A stretch of DNA of 55,635 nucleotides from an uncultured Clostridia bacterium (GCA_947630445.1 CANRHQ010000005.1:1-55635); one strand, 5' to 3'; positions 36,353-46,880 are shown, counted from the stretch's first letter. Notes: generated by a model from the letters alone, not told the origin. Program-made: numbers and translations.

Positions 36353-36385
36353 AATATCTTTCTCCCTTTTTGAATTAACTATTTA

Positions 36386-37909
36386 TTATATAAAAAATCT
36401 AATTATATAGCCAGTTGCACACATATTTAATAATATTATTAATATAGGTTGAATTACTTCTATATATTTTACTTTTATATATCTTTCTTTTCCACATAAA
36501 GTTAACAATATTAATATTATAACTGGTACAAAATATCTTCCTTGAATTCCTTTTATATCACTTGTTCCAACACCTGAATGTCCAACATAAAGTGCAGTGA
36601 AAATTAATACTGCTATCACTAAAAATACTAACCAAAATATTATTTTATCTTTTAAATCTAGTTCTTTATCATGTTTTTCTAGGAATGGTGAAAAGATTAG
36701 TAATATAAAATAAAAGTCTAAAATCACTCTATCTACACCTATATCCATCCATCCCATACTATATCCCATAAACCATAAATAATAGTTTTCAAAATTCATA
36801 TTTATAGTATTTATTAGTACTTTTATATATGATATTGGATGTTGTAATACATATTTTACTTGTTCTACTGAATTTACATTATTTTTTATAGCATAAGTAT
36901 TGTTCTCTATTTCTCCTTTTGAAGAGAAAATCATCCAAACAATTCCAAATAATAACCCTATTATAACTACTGTGCTTATGAATTTTATTTTTTCTTTTTT
37001 GTCCATTTTCTTTGTTTTCATAAGAATTGCTGATATTAATACCATAGGGAAATATACTAATTTACAAAGTGAAACTAATGCTGCCATTATTAGATATATT
37101 ATTTTGTTCTTTTTGGTTATATCTTCTTTAAAATATAAATATAATGTATATGATATAAATAATAATGCTATTGAGTTTGTTAAACTATCTGCCGATAATG
37201 AGACTGCTTGATGAACTACCATTGGTATTAACAAATATGTCATCATTAGTATTTTGCCAATTGGTATTAATTTTATTGTATAATATCCTAAAATTAAATA
37301 TAAAATAAAGTTTATTATTCTTGCAAGATATATTACCATCATTCCATTGATACCAAAGATTCTTCCTATTAAAAACATTATTGTATTAGGAAAATATAAT
37401 GTTGGAGAATATGAATAAGCATTATTAGTAACTTCTTTTTTATTGTTATAATCCGTTTTTTCTGTCATTTTTGTATTTAAATCACTATATTTTCTTATAT
37501 TATGATGGTCATTATTTATAAAAAATTCTGGAATTATTGACTTTTTAAAATTATTTTCATTTACCCCTGTAAAAAGTCTTCCTTCTGAAATTTCATAACT
37601 TCTATATATGTGTGCATTCTCATCTGGTGCATATGTAGGTGCTAAAAATACTAAATATGCCATTCCTATTGGTATTGCTATTGATATGAAGATTTTTTCT
37701 ATTTTATCTCTATTTTTTATAAGTGTATATATAATAATTGCAAGTAAGATTATTGCTGATATAGCACATATAGCTAAATATATTTTTGAATAATAACCAA
37801 TATATGCTTTAGTTGTTATTAATTTATAATAATTTATCATAAAAATTATTGAAACAATAAATTCTACAACATATATACAATTTATATACTTTTTCAATAT
37901 ATCTTTCAT
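36386..37909 (-). CDS. DUF2142-type polytopic membrane protein (GT-C-like glycosyltransferase candidate)
   Basis: 507 aa, more than 10 TM. An early extracytoplasmic loop has APDENAHIYRSYEIS (the DUF2142 PDExxH-type motif). Confidence 0.7.
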   Translation of the reverse strand: MKDILKKYINCIYVVEFIVSIIFMINYYKLITTKAYIGYYSKIYLAICAISAIILLAIIIYTLIKNRDKIEKIFISIAIPIGMAYLVFLAPTYAPDENAHIYRSYEISEGRLFTGVNENNFKKSIIPEFFINNDHHNIRKYSDLNTKMTEKTDYNNKKEVTNNAYSYSPTLYFPNTIMFLIGRIFGINGMMVIYLARIINFILYLILGYYTIKLIPIGKILMMTYLLIPMVVHQAVSLSADSLTNSIALLFISYTLYLYFKEDITKKNKIIYLIMAALVSLCKLVYFPMVLISAILMKTKKMDKKEKIKFISTVVIIGLLFGIVWMIFSSKGEIENNTYAIKNNVNSVEQVKYVLQHPISYIKVLINTINMNFENYYLWFMGYSMGWMDIGVDRVILDFYFILLIFSPFLEKHDKELDLKDKIIFWLVFLVIAVLIFTALYVGHSGVGTSDIKGIQGRYFVPVIILILLTLCGKERYIKVKYIEVIQPILIILLNMCATGYIIRFFI

Positions 37910-37928
37910 TTTTTCCTCCTATTTTATC

Positions 37929-39665
37929 TTAAACAACTATTATCAAACAAATTAACTCAATTATAATAAATAATCCTGACACCATAGATATATTTACATC
38001 TATGGATTTTTCTTCTTCAATAGTCGTTTGGACATATCTTTTACTATTTACAAGCATCAATATAATTGGAAAAACTGGTAATAAATATCTTGGCTGATAT
38101 CCACTAATCTGAATTTGTCCTACTGGAGTAAATGTTAAATACAACATTAAGCTCGTAGTTACAAATATTCCTAAAAATGTTATCAAAGATACTATACTTG
38201 TTCTCATACTAACCTTTTTACAATTGTCTGTTATAGAAACATACATTATAAATATTGTTTCTATTAAAAATATTTGACTGCAATATTTTCCGAAAAATTC
38301 ACGCATATTCAAATATGTGTACCAATCTATATTTAAGATTGAATTCATTGTATGTTCAAAGCCAACTTTTATAATATTAACTGGTGAACTTATTAGAAAT
38401 TCAATTTGTCCGATTACACTTGTATCTCCTCCTCTAGGATCTCCTCCTTCTATAGCTTTACTTTCTAATAATTTCACTAACAAAAACACTCCAATAATTG
38501 CAAATACTACCATTACTGGTATTAATATTGATAGTTTGTTTTTATTATTTTTTAATATTTTAAATATTGGTAATATTAATACAAATAATATTATTGCAAA
38601 ATATGCAAGATTTTTACATGTCAAAACTAAAGCAAATAATGCCAATAATGTTAATATATGCTTTAAACTTATTTGTTTATAATCTTTTTCTGATAAGTTT
38701 AGGCAATATGCTATAAATATACTAATAATACCTATACAAATTCCATCTATAGAACAAGTTGCAGATAATAATAATGTAAATGGAAGTACATTTATTATAT
38801 AAAATATCTTTTGTTTATATGGTAATAGTTTTAAAGAAATAACTAGCATAATTGTATATGTTATTAAATTAAATAATCTTCCTGTTATATAAACATCTGC
38901 TATACTTCCTCCTAATATATCTGCAAATTTTATGCCAAGTGCTGATGGAATATATGTAATAAAATTATAATCAGCTGGAGATGAAAAAGTATAATAGTTT
39001 TCCATTTCAGAATTATTATTCCATTCATTAGTTAAATTTGATTCATATTTTATTCCATAGTACTTTGCAAATGAATCTATATCACAAATAAAATTCATGT
39101 CATTAAATACAGGTTCATTAAGTGGATTATTTATATAATCAAAATTTCCATTTGCTAAATTTAAGGCTGATGCTATATGTCTTTTTTCATCTAGTGTATG
39201 GTGAAAGTCAGTTGCAAATGTAAAAACTATGCCAAATGTACATGCTACAATTACAGTATTTTTTATGTAATCAGCTGATATATATATTATAAATATTGAT
39301 CCCATTAATAATGCTATTATTAATGTTAATATCTTATATATTGATGTCCATCTTATACAAACAAATAATATTGTAATAATACTGATTAAAACATATAATC
39401 CTAGTATAATTTTTTTCCTTTTTAAATTCAAGGTGTCTAATGCATTTTCTAAAAATTTATCTATATACTTAAATAGTAATATAAAAAATATCACATAAAT
39501 TACTATTCTACATAAAGAAAAGTTATAAGATATCTCATTACTAAAGAAAAGATTTTGTACATTACATATTCCAATTTCATAAATTAAGATTGAAATTACA
39601 TATATTAAAATTGTTAAGATTTTTAATACATTTTTCTTTTTTTTAGTAAATTCTTCTAATTTCAT
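37929..39665 (-). CDS. Second DUF2142-like polytopic membrane protein (GT-C-like candidate)
   Basis: 578 aa, more than 10 TM. Loop motif TLDEKRHIASALNLANG, analogous to the paralogue at 36386-37909. Confidence 0.65.
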   Translation of the reverse strand: MKLEEFTKKKKNVLKILTILIYVISILIYEIGICNVQNLFFSNEISYNFSLCRIVIYVIFFILLFKYIDKFLENALDTLNLKRKKIILGLYVLISIITILFVCIRWTSIYKILTLIIALLMGSIFIIYISADYIKNTVIVACTFGIVFTFATDFHHTLDEKRHIASALNLANGNFDYINNPLNEPVFNDMNFICDIDSFAKYYGIKYESNLTNEWNNNSEMENYYTFSSPADYNFITYIPSALGIKFADILGGSIADVYITGRLFNLITYTIMLVISLKLLPYKQKIFYIINVLPFTLLLSATCSIDGICIGIISIFIAYCLNLSEKDYKQISLKHILTLLALFALVLTCKNLAYFAIILFVLILPIFKILKNNKNKLSILIPVMVVFAIIGVFLLVKLLESKAIEGGDPRGGDTSVIGQIEFLISSPVNIIKVGFEHTMNSILNIDWYTYLNMREFFGKYCSQIFLIETIFIMYVSITDNCKKVSMRTSIVSLITFLGIFVTTSLMLYLTFTPVGQIQISGYQPRYLLPVFPIILMLVNSKRYVQTTIEEEKSIDVNISMVSGLFIIIELICLIIVV

Positions 39666-39675
39666 ATGTCCCCCA

Positions 39676-41955
39676 TTACTTTTTATATTTTTCTAATACA
39701 TTTCTAGTAGCTTGAATATAGGCATATCCATAATTTCTATCTGGTTCAAGGCATGCTCCTTCTGCCCATTCATTCCATGCATTAACAAATATTATTTTAT
39801 CATCTAACTCATCATTTTCTAGTGTTTCTTTTACAAGGTCTTCTAACCATGTTTCATATAATTTTGGTGTAGAACCCCAGAAAATATCTGGTGTATATTG
39901 TCTTCTTGCAGTATTGTCCCACGCTGGGAATATTCCACGATATAATTTGTGATCAAATGGTCTTAAATATGTTTTTTCATCTACCATTCTCTTATAATCA
40001 TATACTACACCTTTGAAATTTGGATTAAAGAATTTTAATTGATCATTCATTACTTTAACTTCCATTCCAAATGGTGGAAATTCTATAAATCCATCAAATA
40101 TTCTCTTATAATCATCTGTTATATCAAAAGTCTTTACTCCCATTATATAAGCCTCGCCAATTCCAACATCTCTTAAATATCTTCTCCAATTTTCAATCAT
40201 TATTCCTATGTTAGGGATTAGACTTGGTTTATATATTATTATTAGAGGTTTTCCATTTATTTTTATATACCTATCATCTCTAATATATTTTTCCATGTCT
40301 TTTATACAATCTAAAAGTTTTTCTTCTGTATAAGTTTGAGCCATTAGGATTTCTTTATCTCCTCCATCCCATCTTTTGGTCCAGTTTTCATTTGCCCAAT
40401 TTATACAGAAATTTATATCTAAATCTTTATTTTCCAATATCATATCTAATGGTTTTTCCATTAATCTATGATTATCAAACCAATAATAATATATTGAAAA
40501 TCCATATATTCCATATTGTTTTGCAAGTTCTATTTGCTTTTTTATATTTTCTTTTTGACTTAAATCATAAAAACCTATGTCATGTGGTAATTTAGGTTGC
40601 ATTTGTCCTACAAAATGTGGTGTCGCCTTAGTTACATTATTCCATTCAGTAAATCCTTTTCCCCACCATTCTTCATTTTCTTTAAATGAATGGTATTGTG
40701 GTAAATAGTGTGCAATAATTTTAACATCTTTTTCTGTTTTTTCATAAGGCTTTTCATTATATGCAACAAATGTGCTCTTTTTTTCTGGCTTTTCAAAATT
40801 GCTATACATTTGTTCCATAATTTTTTTATAATCTTCTAAATTAACATCATAGTTATACTGTAATCCACCATTTGATTCCATTTGTTTTTTATTTCTATAA
40901 TTATGTATTGGTGCATATACAGATGGAAAATAAGTTTGTAATACTTTTTTTATAAATTGTTTCATTCCAATTTTCTCCTTAAATAATTTTACATTCATTA
41001 CATAAAATGCTCTATATATATAAGCAATTAATGGATAATTATACATTAAAGAAAATTGTTTTATATATTTATCATCTTCATATTTATATAAGTTTTTAAA
41101 AGGTCTTTTACTTTTCAAAACTATAAATCTTGTATTTAAAATTGAATTTAAATATTTTATACCATCTTCCACAATTGGTTTTAAATCAGGATTCAAAACA
41201 TTCATTCTTTTTTGTAAGGTTTCTAATATTTGAATATGATTTGTTATTAAATGTCTTCTTAAAGTTCTTGAAAATTTATATATTGTTTTTGTTGTTACAT
41301 ATCCAATCTGATTGTTTCCATGTTGTCTATATTTAATTAATGGTTTTTCTATATATCCTATATCACCTTTCGCACCTGCTACAAGTCCAATCCACCAATC
41401 ATGAACAATTGGATAACCTGGTAATGGCAATAATTTTTTTATTAATTTACTTCTTACTATTGTTGTACAACCTGTTATACAATTTGTCATTAAACAACTT
41501 CTATAATCTCTACTCTTTTTTATTTTATTTTTTATATTATAATCTGGCCAAAAATCCCACATAGAGGGATGTATTGTATTTAGTTCTTTATCTACTACTT
41601 CTAAATCTGAACATACTAAATCTAATTTTTCTGAAGTAATTTTATTATATGATTCTTCTACTTTGTTTGGTAGCCAAACATCATCTTGATCTGATAACAT
41701 AAAATATTCTGATTTTACAAACTTAAGTAATTTTTCAAAATTCTTGTTATATCCCAAGTTTTTTTCATTTTTATAAATTTTTATTCTTTCATCTTTATTT
41801 TTATATTCTTCTAATATTTTCCATGTATTATCTTTTGAACAATCATCACAAATAATTAAATTAAAATCTTTAAATGTTTGATTTAATATACTATCAATTT
41901 GTTGTCTTAGGTATTTTTCTCCATTATATGTTGCCATTAATATGTCTATTTTCAT
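39676..41955 (-). CDS. Bifunctional fusion: N-terminal GT2 (rhamnosyltransferase-like) plus C-terminal WbsX/GH99-like domain
   Basis: 759 aa. N-terminus MKIDILMATYNGEKYLRQQIDSILNQT..DDCSKDNT..SDQDDVW. C-terminal half IIAHYLPQYHSFKENEEWWGKGFTEWNNV..YYWF..NAWNEWAEG is typical of WbsX-type domains. Confidence 0.8.
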   Translation of the reverse strand: MKIDILMATYNGEKYLRQQIDSILNQTFKDFNLIICDDCSKDNTWKILEEYKNKDERIKIYKNEKNLGYNKNFEKLLKFVKSEYFMLSDQDDVWLPNKVEESYNKITSEKLDLVCSDLEVVDKELNTIHPSMWDFWPDYNIKNKIKKSRDYRSCLMTNCITGCTTIVRSKLIKKLLPLPGYPIVHDWWIGLVAGAKGDIGYIEKPLIKYRQHGNNQIGYVTTKTIYKFSRTLRRHLITNHIQILETLQKRMNVLNPDLKPIVEDGIKYLNSILNTRFIVLKSKRPFKNLYKYEDDKYIKQFSLMYNYPLIAYIYRAFYVMNVKLFKEKIGMKQFIKKVLQTYFPSVYAPIHNYRNKKQMESNGGLQYNYDVNLEDYKKIMEQMYSNFEKPEKKSTFVAYNEKPYEKTEKDVKIIAHYLPQYHSFKENEEWWGKGFTEWNNVTKATPHFVGQMQPKLPHDIGFYDLSQKENIKKQIELAKQYGIYGFSIYYYWFDNHRLMEKPLDMILENKDLDINFCINWANENWTKRWDGGDKEILMAQTYTEEKLLDCIKDMEKYIRDDRYIKINGKPLIIIYKPSLIPNIGIMIENWRRYLRDVGIGEAYIMGVKTFDITDDYKRIFDGFIEFPPFGMEVKVMNDQLKFFNPNFKGVVYDYKRMVDEKTYLRPFDHKLYRGIFPAWDNTARRQYTPDIFWGSTPKLYETWLEDLVKETLENDELDDKIIFVNAWNEWAEGACLEPDRNYGYAYIQATRNVLEKYKK

Positions 41956-41975
41956 TGCTACATCCTTTCTTATTT

Positions 41976-43709
41976 CTAAATCTTTAGCTCAAATAACTTA
42001 TTTTTTTCAAATTTCAAATTAACATTATAATTACTATCTGGAACTTGTAATTCTTTTTCCCATTTTTGATAAAATTTATTTTTTCCATCTTTCGATGTTA
42101 TTTCCAAACATTCTATTTCTATATGTGGATTTATTACATTTACTTTTTTTAGTTTTTTTAATAATTTAAAAGATAAATCAGCAAAAGCATCTGTATAATC
42201 CATTTTCTCATCCAAAAATTCAACATCTGATAAATCTTTTTTATTTACCATTATACATTCTGATTTAATTATAGAATAATTTTGAATGACTGCCCCTCTT
42301 GTAATATATCCATAACTTCCTGCTACATCTATATAATCTAAATATCCTATCTTGTCTTTATCAATTCCATAAACTGTTCCATTATATTGTGAACTTGTAT
42401 ATTTATATATAATTCTAGGAGAAATTACTCCTACATCTCCTCTTTGAATAAATCCTAATAATTGTTCTATAAAATCTTTTGTTTTTATATCTTGAAAATC
42501 TTTTGCAAAGATTATTTGTTCACTATCTATTTGTTTTGATAACTCATTTAATTTTGAAATTATTTTATTTTTTTCAATAATTACAGACTTTTTTATGTGT
42601 GCATTTTTAATGAACTCTGCATAATTTGCATTTTTTGAAATACTTTGAGTTGTAATTAATATAATTTCATAATTATTGTAAGTAATTTCATTTATATCTT
42701 GCTTTAATTTATTTAAGTCAATTCTCTCATCCTGTAAATATAATAATATTGTAACTTTTGAGTCATTTTTTCTATTGTAAATTGCTCTATTTCTTACTAT
42801 TGCTACCCCAAATTCCATTTTAGCTTGATTTAAGCCTTTTCTTTTTAAATGTTCTTGTACTGCATTTTTTCCCGCTTCAAAGCAATATGGTTTTGCCTCT
42901 GCATTACCTGCAGTTGAACTTGGGTGTACTCTCCAATGGTATAATATTTTCGGTATATGAACAACTTGCTTTGCATTTTCTACTGCTCTTAAGATTAAAT
43001 CATAATCTTGACTTCCATCAAATTGTTCATTAAATCCTTTTAACTTGTCCATCAATTCCTTTTTGAAAATACTAAAGTGGCAAATATAGTTATAACTTGT
43101 AAATGTATCAAAAGCATAATCAGGTTTAAAGTTTGGTTCATATCTAGTTTTTTTCTTTATATTGATGAATTTATCTTCATCAGTAAAAATATATTCTACT
43201 TCTGGATTATCGTTAATTGCTTTTACTATTTCGAATAATGAATTTATAGGTATTAAATCATCATGATCAAGTAATGCTATATATTCTCCTGTTGCAAGTT
43301 TTAATGCCTCATTTGTATTTCCAGAAATTCCTTTATTTTCTTTTAACCTATCATATTTAATTCTTGCTTCTTTTTTTACTATTTTATTTAGATATGTTAA
43401 TGGCTCTGTGCTTCCATCTGCCAAGCATAATTCCCAATTAGAATAAGTTTGAGCTTGTACTGATTTTATCAGTTCTAATAAATATTTCTTTGGTGTGTTA
43501 TATAATGGTACTATTATGCTTATTTTAGGATTTTTTACAAATTTATATTTTTTTTGCTCTTTTATTTCTTTTTTTGATGGCGAATTCTCTTTTATCCATT
43601 TATAATATTCTTGTTTTTCTTTATTATTAAAATGATTTTTTACTTTTATTGCAAAGCCTCTTATTCCATCATTTTTTAAAGAATTTACAATCTTTTTTAC
43701 TATTTTCAT
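41976..43709 (-). CDS. Glycosyltransferase family 2 protein (two-domain)
   Basis: 577 aa. ISIIVPLYNTPKKYLLELIKSVQAQTY, LDHDDL and WRVHP motifs in the N-terminal half. A second Rossmann-like half has no clear DxD. Confidence 0.8.
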   Translation of the reverse strand: MKIVKKIVNSLKNDGIRGFAIKVKNHFNNKEKQEYYKWIKENSPSKKEIKEQKKYKFVKNPKISIIVPLYNTPKKYLLELIKSVQAQTYSNWELCLADGSTEPLTYLNKIVKKEARIKYDRLKENKGISGNTNEALKLATGEYIALLDHDDLIPINSLFEIVKAINDNPEVEYIFTDEDKFINIKKKTRYEPNFKPDYAFDTFTSYNYICHFSIFKKELMDKLKGFNEQFDGSQDYDLILRAVENAKQVVHIPKILYHWRVHPSSTAGNAEAKPYCFEAGKNAVQEHLKRKGLNQAKMEFGVAIVRNRAIYNRKNDSKVTILLYLQDERIDLNKLKQDINEITYNNYEIILITTQSISKNANYAEFIKNAHIKKSVIIEKNKIISKLNELSKQIDSEQIIFAKDFQDIKTKDFIEQLLGFIQRGDVGVISPRIIYKYTSSQYNGTVYGIDKDKIGYLDYIDVAGSYGYITRGAVIQNYSIIKSECIMVNKKDLSDVEFLDEKMDYTDAFADLSFKLLKKLKKVNVINPHIEIECLEITSKDGKNKFYQKWEKELQVPDSNYNVNLKFEKNKLFELKI

Positions 43710-43723
43710 TTTGACCTCTTTCG

Positions 43724-45553
43724 CTATTTTTTAAAAGTATGTTTTATATTTGATAATTTTCTTGCAAATTTCCAACTTTTTGAATTATATATTTTTTCTA
43801 TATTATCATTTAATTTAGTTATTTCATTTTTACCATTATCAATTTCTTCTTGCAATTTCTGTATTTCACTTTGCAAGTCATTTTTTTCTTGATTTATTTT
43901 TTCGTTCTCATTTGTTAATTTTTTAACTTCTTCTTGTAAACTATAATTATCATAAATAGGATTTTTATGTTTTCTTATATAAAAATCAAAAATTTCTCTA
44001 TCTATAATTTGCTCTGTTATTTTATTATCTAATTCTTCAAAAATTGAAATATAATCTTTAATTCCCATCTTCTCATAAAGTTCATATTCTGCTATTTTAT
44101 TTCGTATTTTTTCTATGTTAACAATACTTCTATATAATAAGAACTCTAATGGAACATTTTTTTCCATCCATTCTTGGTCAAAAAATACACATTTATCATC
44201 AATGATAAAACAATTCTTTAAAATCATGTCCCAATATCCATATTTTAAATAAGTAAATTTAGATAATATTTCTTTATCTACATTAATATTATATTTTTCA
44301 AAAACTGTATCTTCCCCTTCATCATAAGGAACAGATAAAGTTGATATTGTTTGTTTATATTTACTTAAAATTTTAAAAATTTCTTCAGGTCTTTTTACAT
44401 TATCTGATATTATCTGTGAAGCTAGTTTTTGTTTTACAAACTGGCTTACTACTATACCATCTTGTTCTTTATCTAACAATGGAATATTTTCACTTTTTAA
44501 TTGTTTAATATTTTCTATCATATTTTTTAAATGATCTTCTGATTTCTCATTTATGAACGTTTTTTCTACTGTATTTTCTTTTATTTTTGTCATTAGTCTA
44601 TATTCTTCTTTACGATAATTATTAAAAGAAACATATTTTGTATCATTTAAAAATTGGTTTTGTGATGCTTCTATAAAATAAGAATTTGCAAAAAACGGAA
44701 ACATTTCTTTATTTTCTTTTATTATAGTGTCATAAGCATCTACTTCACTAAAAAATACTGAACTATTTTCTTTATAATATGGAAAATATCCATTTATTTT
44801 TGAACTACTTGGTAAATATTCATCAGAAAAAATCAAACTAGGTAATTTATAGTCTGGTAATGGATATAAAAATTTATAATAATTCATACCAGTTTCCTGT
44901 AAAATATTTTCTAATTGTTTTTTTCCTAATTTATATGCTTTTTTGCTACTTTTGTATCCTGTAATTGAATCAAAAGTAATTCCTGTATATTCATCAATAT
45001 CTCCTACAAAAGATTTTAAAGCAAATTTATTATCTGTTGCAATTAACAATTTACCATCAGGTTTTAATAATTTTACACAATCTAATATTAAATCATAAGC
45101 TGGTAATTCTGTATTATAAATTTTTTGTGCAATTTCTATAACACCAAATAATGTTATATAATCAAATTTTTCTTTAAATTCAATATCTTGTAATCTACCT
45201 ACTATAACTTCTAAGTTTTCTTTATCTTCATGTCTTTTTGCAATTGCCTCTGCTTTTGCTTTCATAAATTCTAAAGAAACTACTTTTTCGTTTTTTTCAC
45301 ATAAAGCTCCTGTAAGTTCTCCTAAATGTCCTCCTATTTCCAAAACTGTTGAATTTGGCTTAAAATCATAAGCATATACAAGATTCTTTCTCATATTTGA
45401 CATTCCTAATATAACTGCATCTGATAAATCTTGTCTTACTATTTTTCCGTATTCATCTTGTTTACTAGTATTAATATATTCTATTACTTTTTCTTCATCT
45501 GGTTCTAGCCTAGAAATGATATCCTCTTTATAATAATCTAGATTTAACCTCAT
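43724..45553 (-). CDS. Class I SAM-dependent methyltransferase with a large middle region and C-terminal coiled coil (WbdD-like chain-terminator candidate)
   Basis: 609 aa. SAM motif I VLEIGGHLGELTGAL, LKPDGKLLIA. The last ~70 aa are heptads (LTNENEKINQEKNDLQSEIQKLQEEIDNGKNEITKLNDNIEKI), followed by SKSWKFARKL. Confidence 0.8.
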   Translation of the reverse strand: MRLNLDYYKEDIISRLEPDEEKVIEYINTSKQDEYGKIVRQDLSDAVILGMSNMRKNLVYAYDFKPNSTVLEIGGHLGELTGALCEKNEKVVSLEFMKAKAEAIAKRHEDKENLEVIVGRLQDIEFKEKFDYITLFGVIEIAQKIYNTELPAYDLILDCVKLLKPDGKLLIATDNKFALKSFVGDIDEYTGITFDSITGYKSSKKAYKLGKKQLENILQETGMNYYKFLYPLPDYKLPSLIFSDEYLPSSSKINGYFPYYKENSSVFFSEVDAYDTIIKENKEMFPFFANSYFIEASQNQFLNDTKYVSFNNYRKEEYRLMTKIKENTVEKTFINEKSEDHLKNMIENIKQLKSENIPLLDKEQDGIVVSQFVKQKLASQIISDNVKRPEEIFKILSKYKQTISTLSVPYDEGEDTVFEKYNINVDKEILSKFTYLKYGYWDMILKNCFIIDDKCVFFDQEWMEKNVPLEFLLYRSIVNIEKIRNKIAEYELYEKMGIKDYISIFEELDNKITEQIIDREIFDFYIRKHKNPIYDNYSLQEEVKKLTNENEKINQEKNDLQSEIQKLQEEIDNGKNEITKLNDNIEKIYNSKSWKFARKLSNIKHTFKK

Positions 45554-45569
45554 TATTTTTCCTTTCTAT

Positions 45570-46880
45570 CTATTTTTTTATTTTTATGTCTGTATCTAAA
45601 CTTAGTACTCCAACATGTTCTTTTGATGAAATTACTTCTACTAATAAGGCATCATATTTTCTACTTAACACTTCTAGTTCACCATTTGGTTTAAAATGTG
45701 TGCAACTAAAAGATAGTGTATATTTATTTGGTGCAACTTGTAATCTGGTTTTAAAAGAAACTTCTACTACTTCTCCTTTTAAATACTTGCCTGTCGCAAT
45801 TTTTTCTATTAGTGTATTTGTACCACAAACTTCTAGTCCATTAAAATCTTTTAATGTCATTGTAAATATTGGCTCATTTACATTTTCATTAAATTTTATT
45901 TTTGATTTTAAAACTACTTCTTTAGAATTGTCTATTGATTGTAAATATCTTCCTTCTTCATCAAATATCCCATAATCAATTACTTCTGCTTGTCCATTTC
46001 CATATTCTATGATTTTATCATTTTGATTAAAATGAGATTTCCATGTATCTTTTTCTTTGGTTTTCTTAAAATTCTTTTCTAATTTTTTGGTTTTATCTTC
46101 TTTTTCTTTTAGTCCATCATCTAATCCAACTATAATTTTCTTATATTTTTCTACTCCTTCTTTTACTCCACCATCAAATATTTTTTTACCAGAATTTATT
46201 ATTATTGTTCTTGTACAATTTTTTAATACATCTGTAATACTGTGTGTTACAAAAAGAATAGTTTTTCCTTTTTTCTTAAATTGATCAAATTTTTTAAAAC
46301 ATTTTAATTGAAATGCCATATCTCCAACTGATAGAACTTCATCTACAATTAATATTTCTGGATCTACATTTATAGCACATGAAAATGCAAGTCTTGCAAA
46401 CATACCTGAAGAATAAGTCTTTACTGGTTGATACAAATGGTCTCCAATGTCAGCAAAATCAATTATTTCTTGTTTTCTTTCTTCTATTTGCTCATTTGTA
46501 AGTCCCATTACTTGTCCATGTTGATAAATATTCTCTACTCCTGTTAGTTCCATATTAAAAGCTGTTCCTAATTCTAGTAAAGAACTTATTTTTCCTTTTG
46601 TTATAATTTCTCCACTTGATGGTGTTACAACCCCTGTTACCATTTTTAATAGAGTTGATTTTCCTGCACCATTTTTTCCTAGTATTCCAAGTATTTCCCC
46701 TTTTTTTACTTCAAGGCTAAAATTATCCAATGCCCTAAATGTTGAATGTCTTTTTACACTTGGAAGTATAGCTTCTATCATTCTATCTTTTTTGGTTGGA
46801 TACATCTTATATTCTTTTGTCAAATTTTTTATTTCAATTACTGTTTCTTTATTTTCATTGTTATTTTCCAATTTTCTCAT
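45570..46880 (-). CDS. Polysaccharide-export ABC transporter ATP-binding protein (Wzt/TagH-like) with a C-terminal beta-rich extension
   Basis: 436 aa. Walker A GKNGAGKST, signature YSSGMFARL, Walker B ILIVDEVLSVGD. About 180 extra C-terminal residues resemble Wzt_C carbohydrate-binding modules. Confidence 0.85.
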   Translation of the reverse strand: MRKLENNNENKETVIEIKNLTKEYKMYPTKKDRMIEAILPSVKRHSTFRALDNFSLEVKKGEILGILGKNGAGKSTLLKMVTGVVTPSSGEIITKGKISSLLELGTAFNMELTGVENIYQHGQVMGLTNEQIEERKQEIIDFADIGDHLYQPVKTYSSGMFARLAFSCAINVDPEILIVDEVLSVGDMAFQLKCFKKFDQFKKKGKTILFVTHSITDVLKNCTRTIIINSGKKIFDGGVKEGVEKYKKIIVGLDDGLKEKEDKTKKLEKNFKKTKEKDTWKSHFNQNDKIIEYGNGQAEVIDYGIFDEEGRYLQSIDNSKEVVLKSKIKFNENVNEPIFTMTLKDFNGLEVCGTNTLIEKIATGKYLKGEVVEVSFKTRLQVAPNKYTLSFSCTHFKPNGELEVLSRKYDALLVEVISSKEHVGVLSLDTDIKIKK

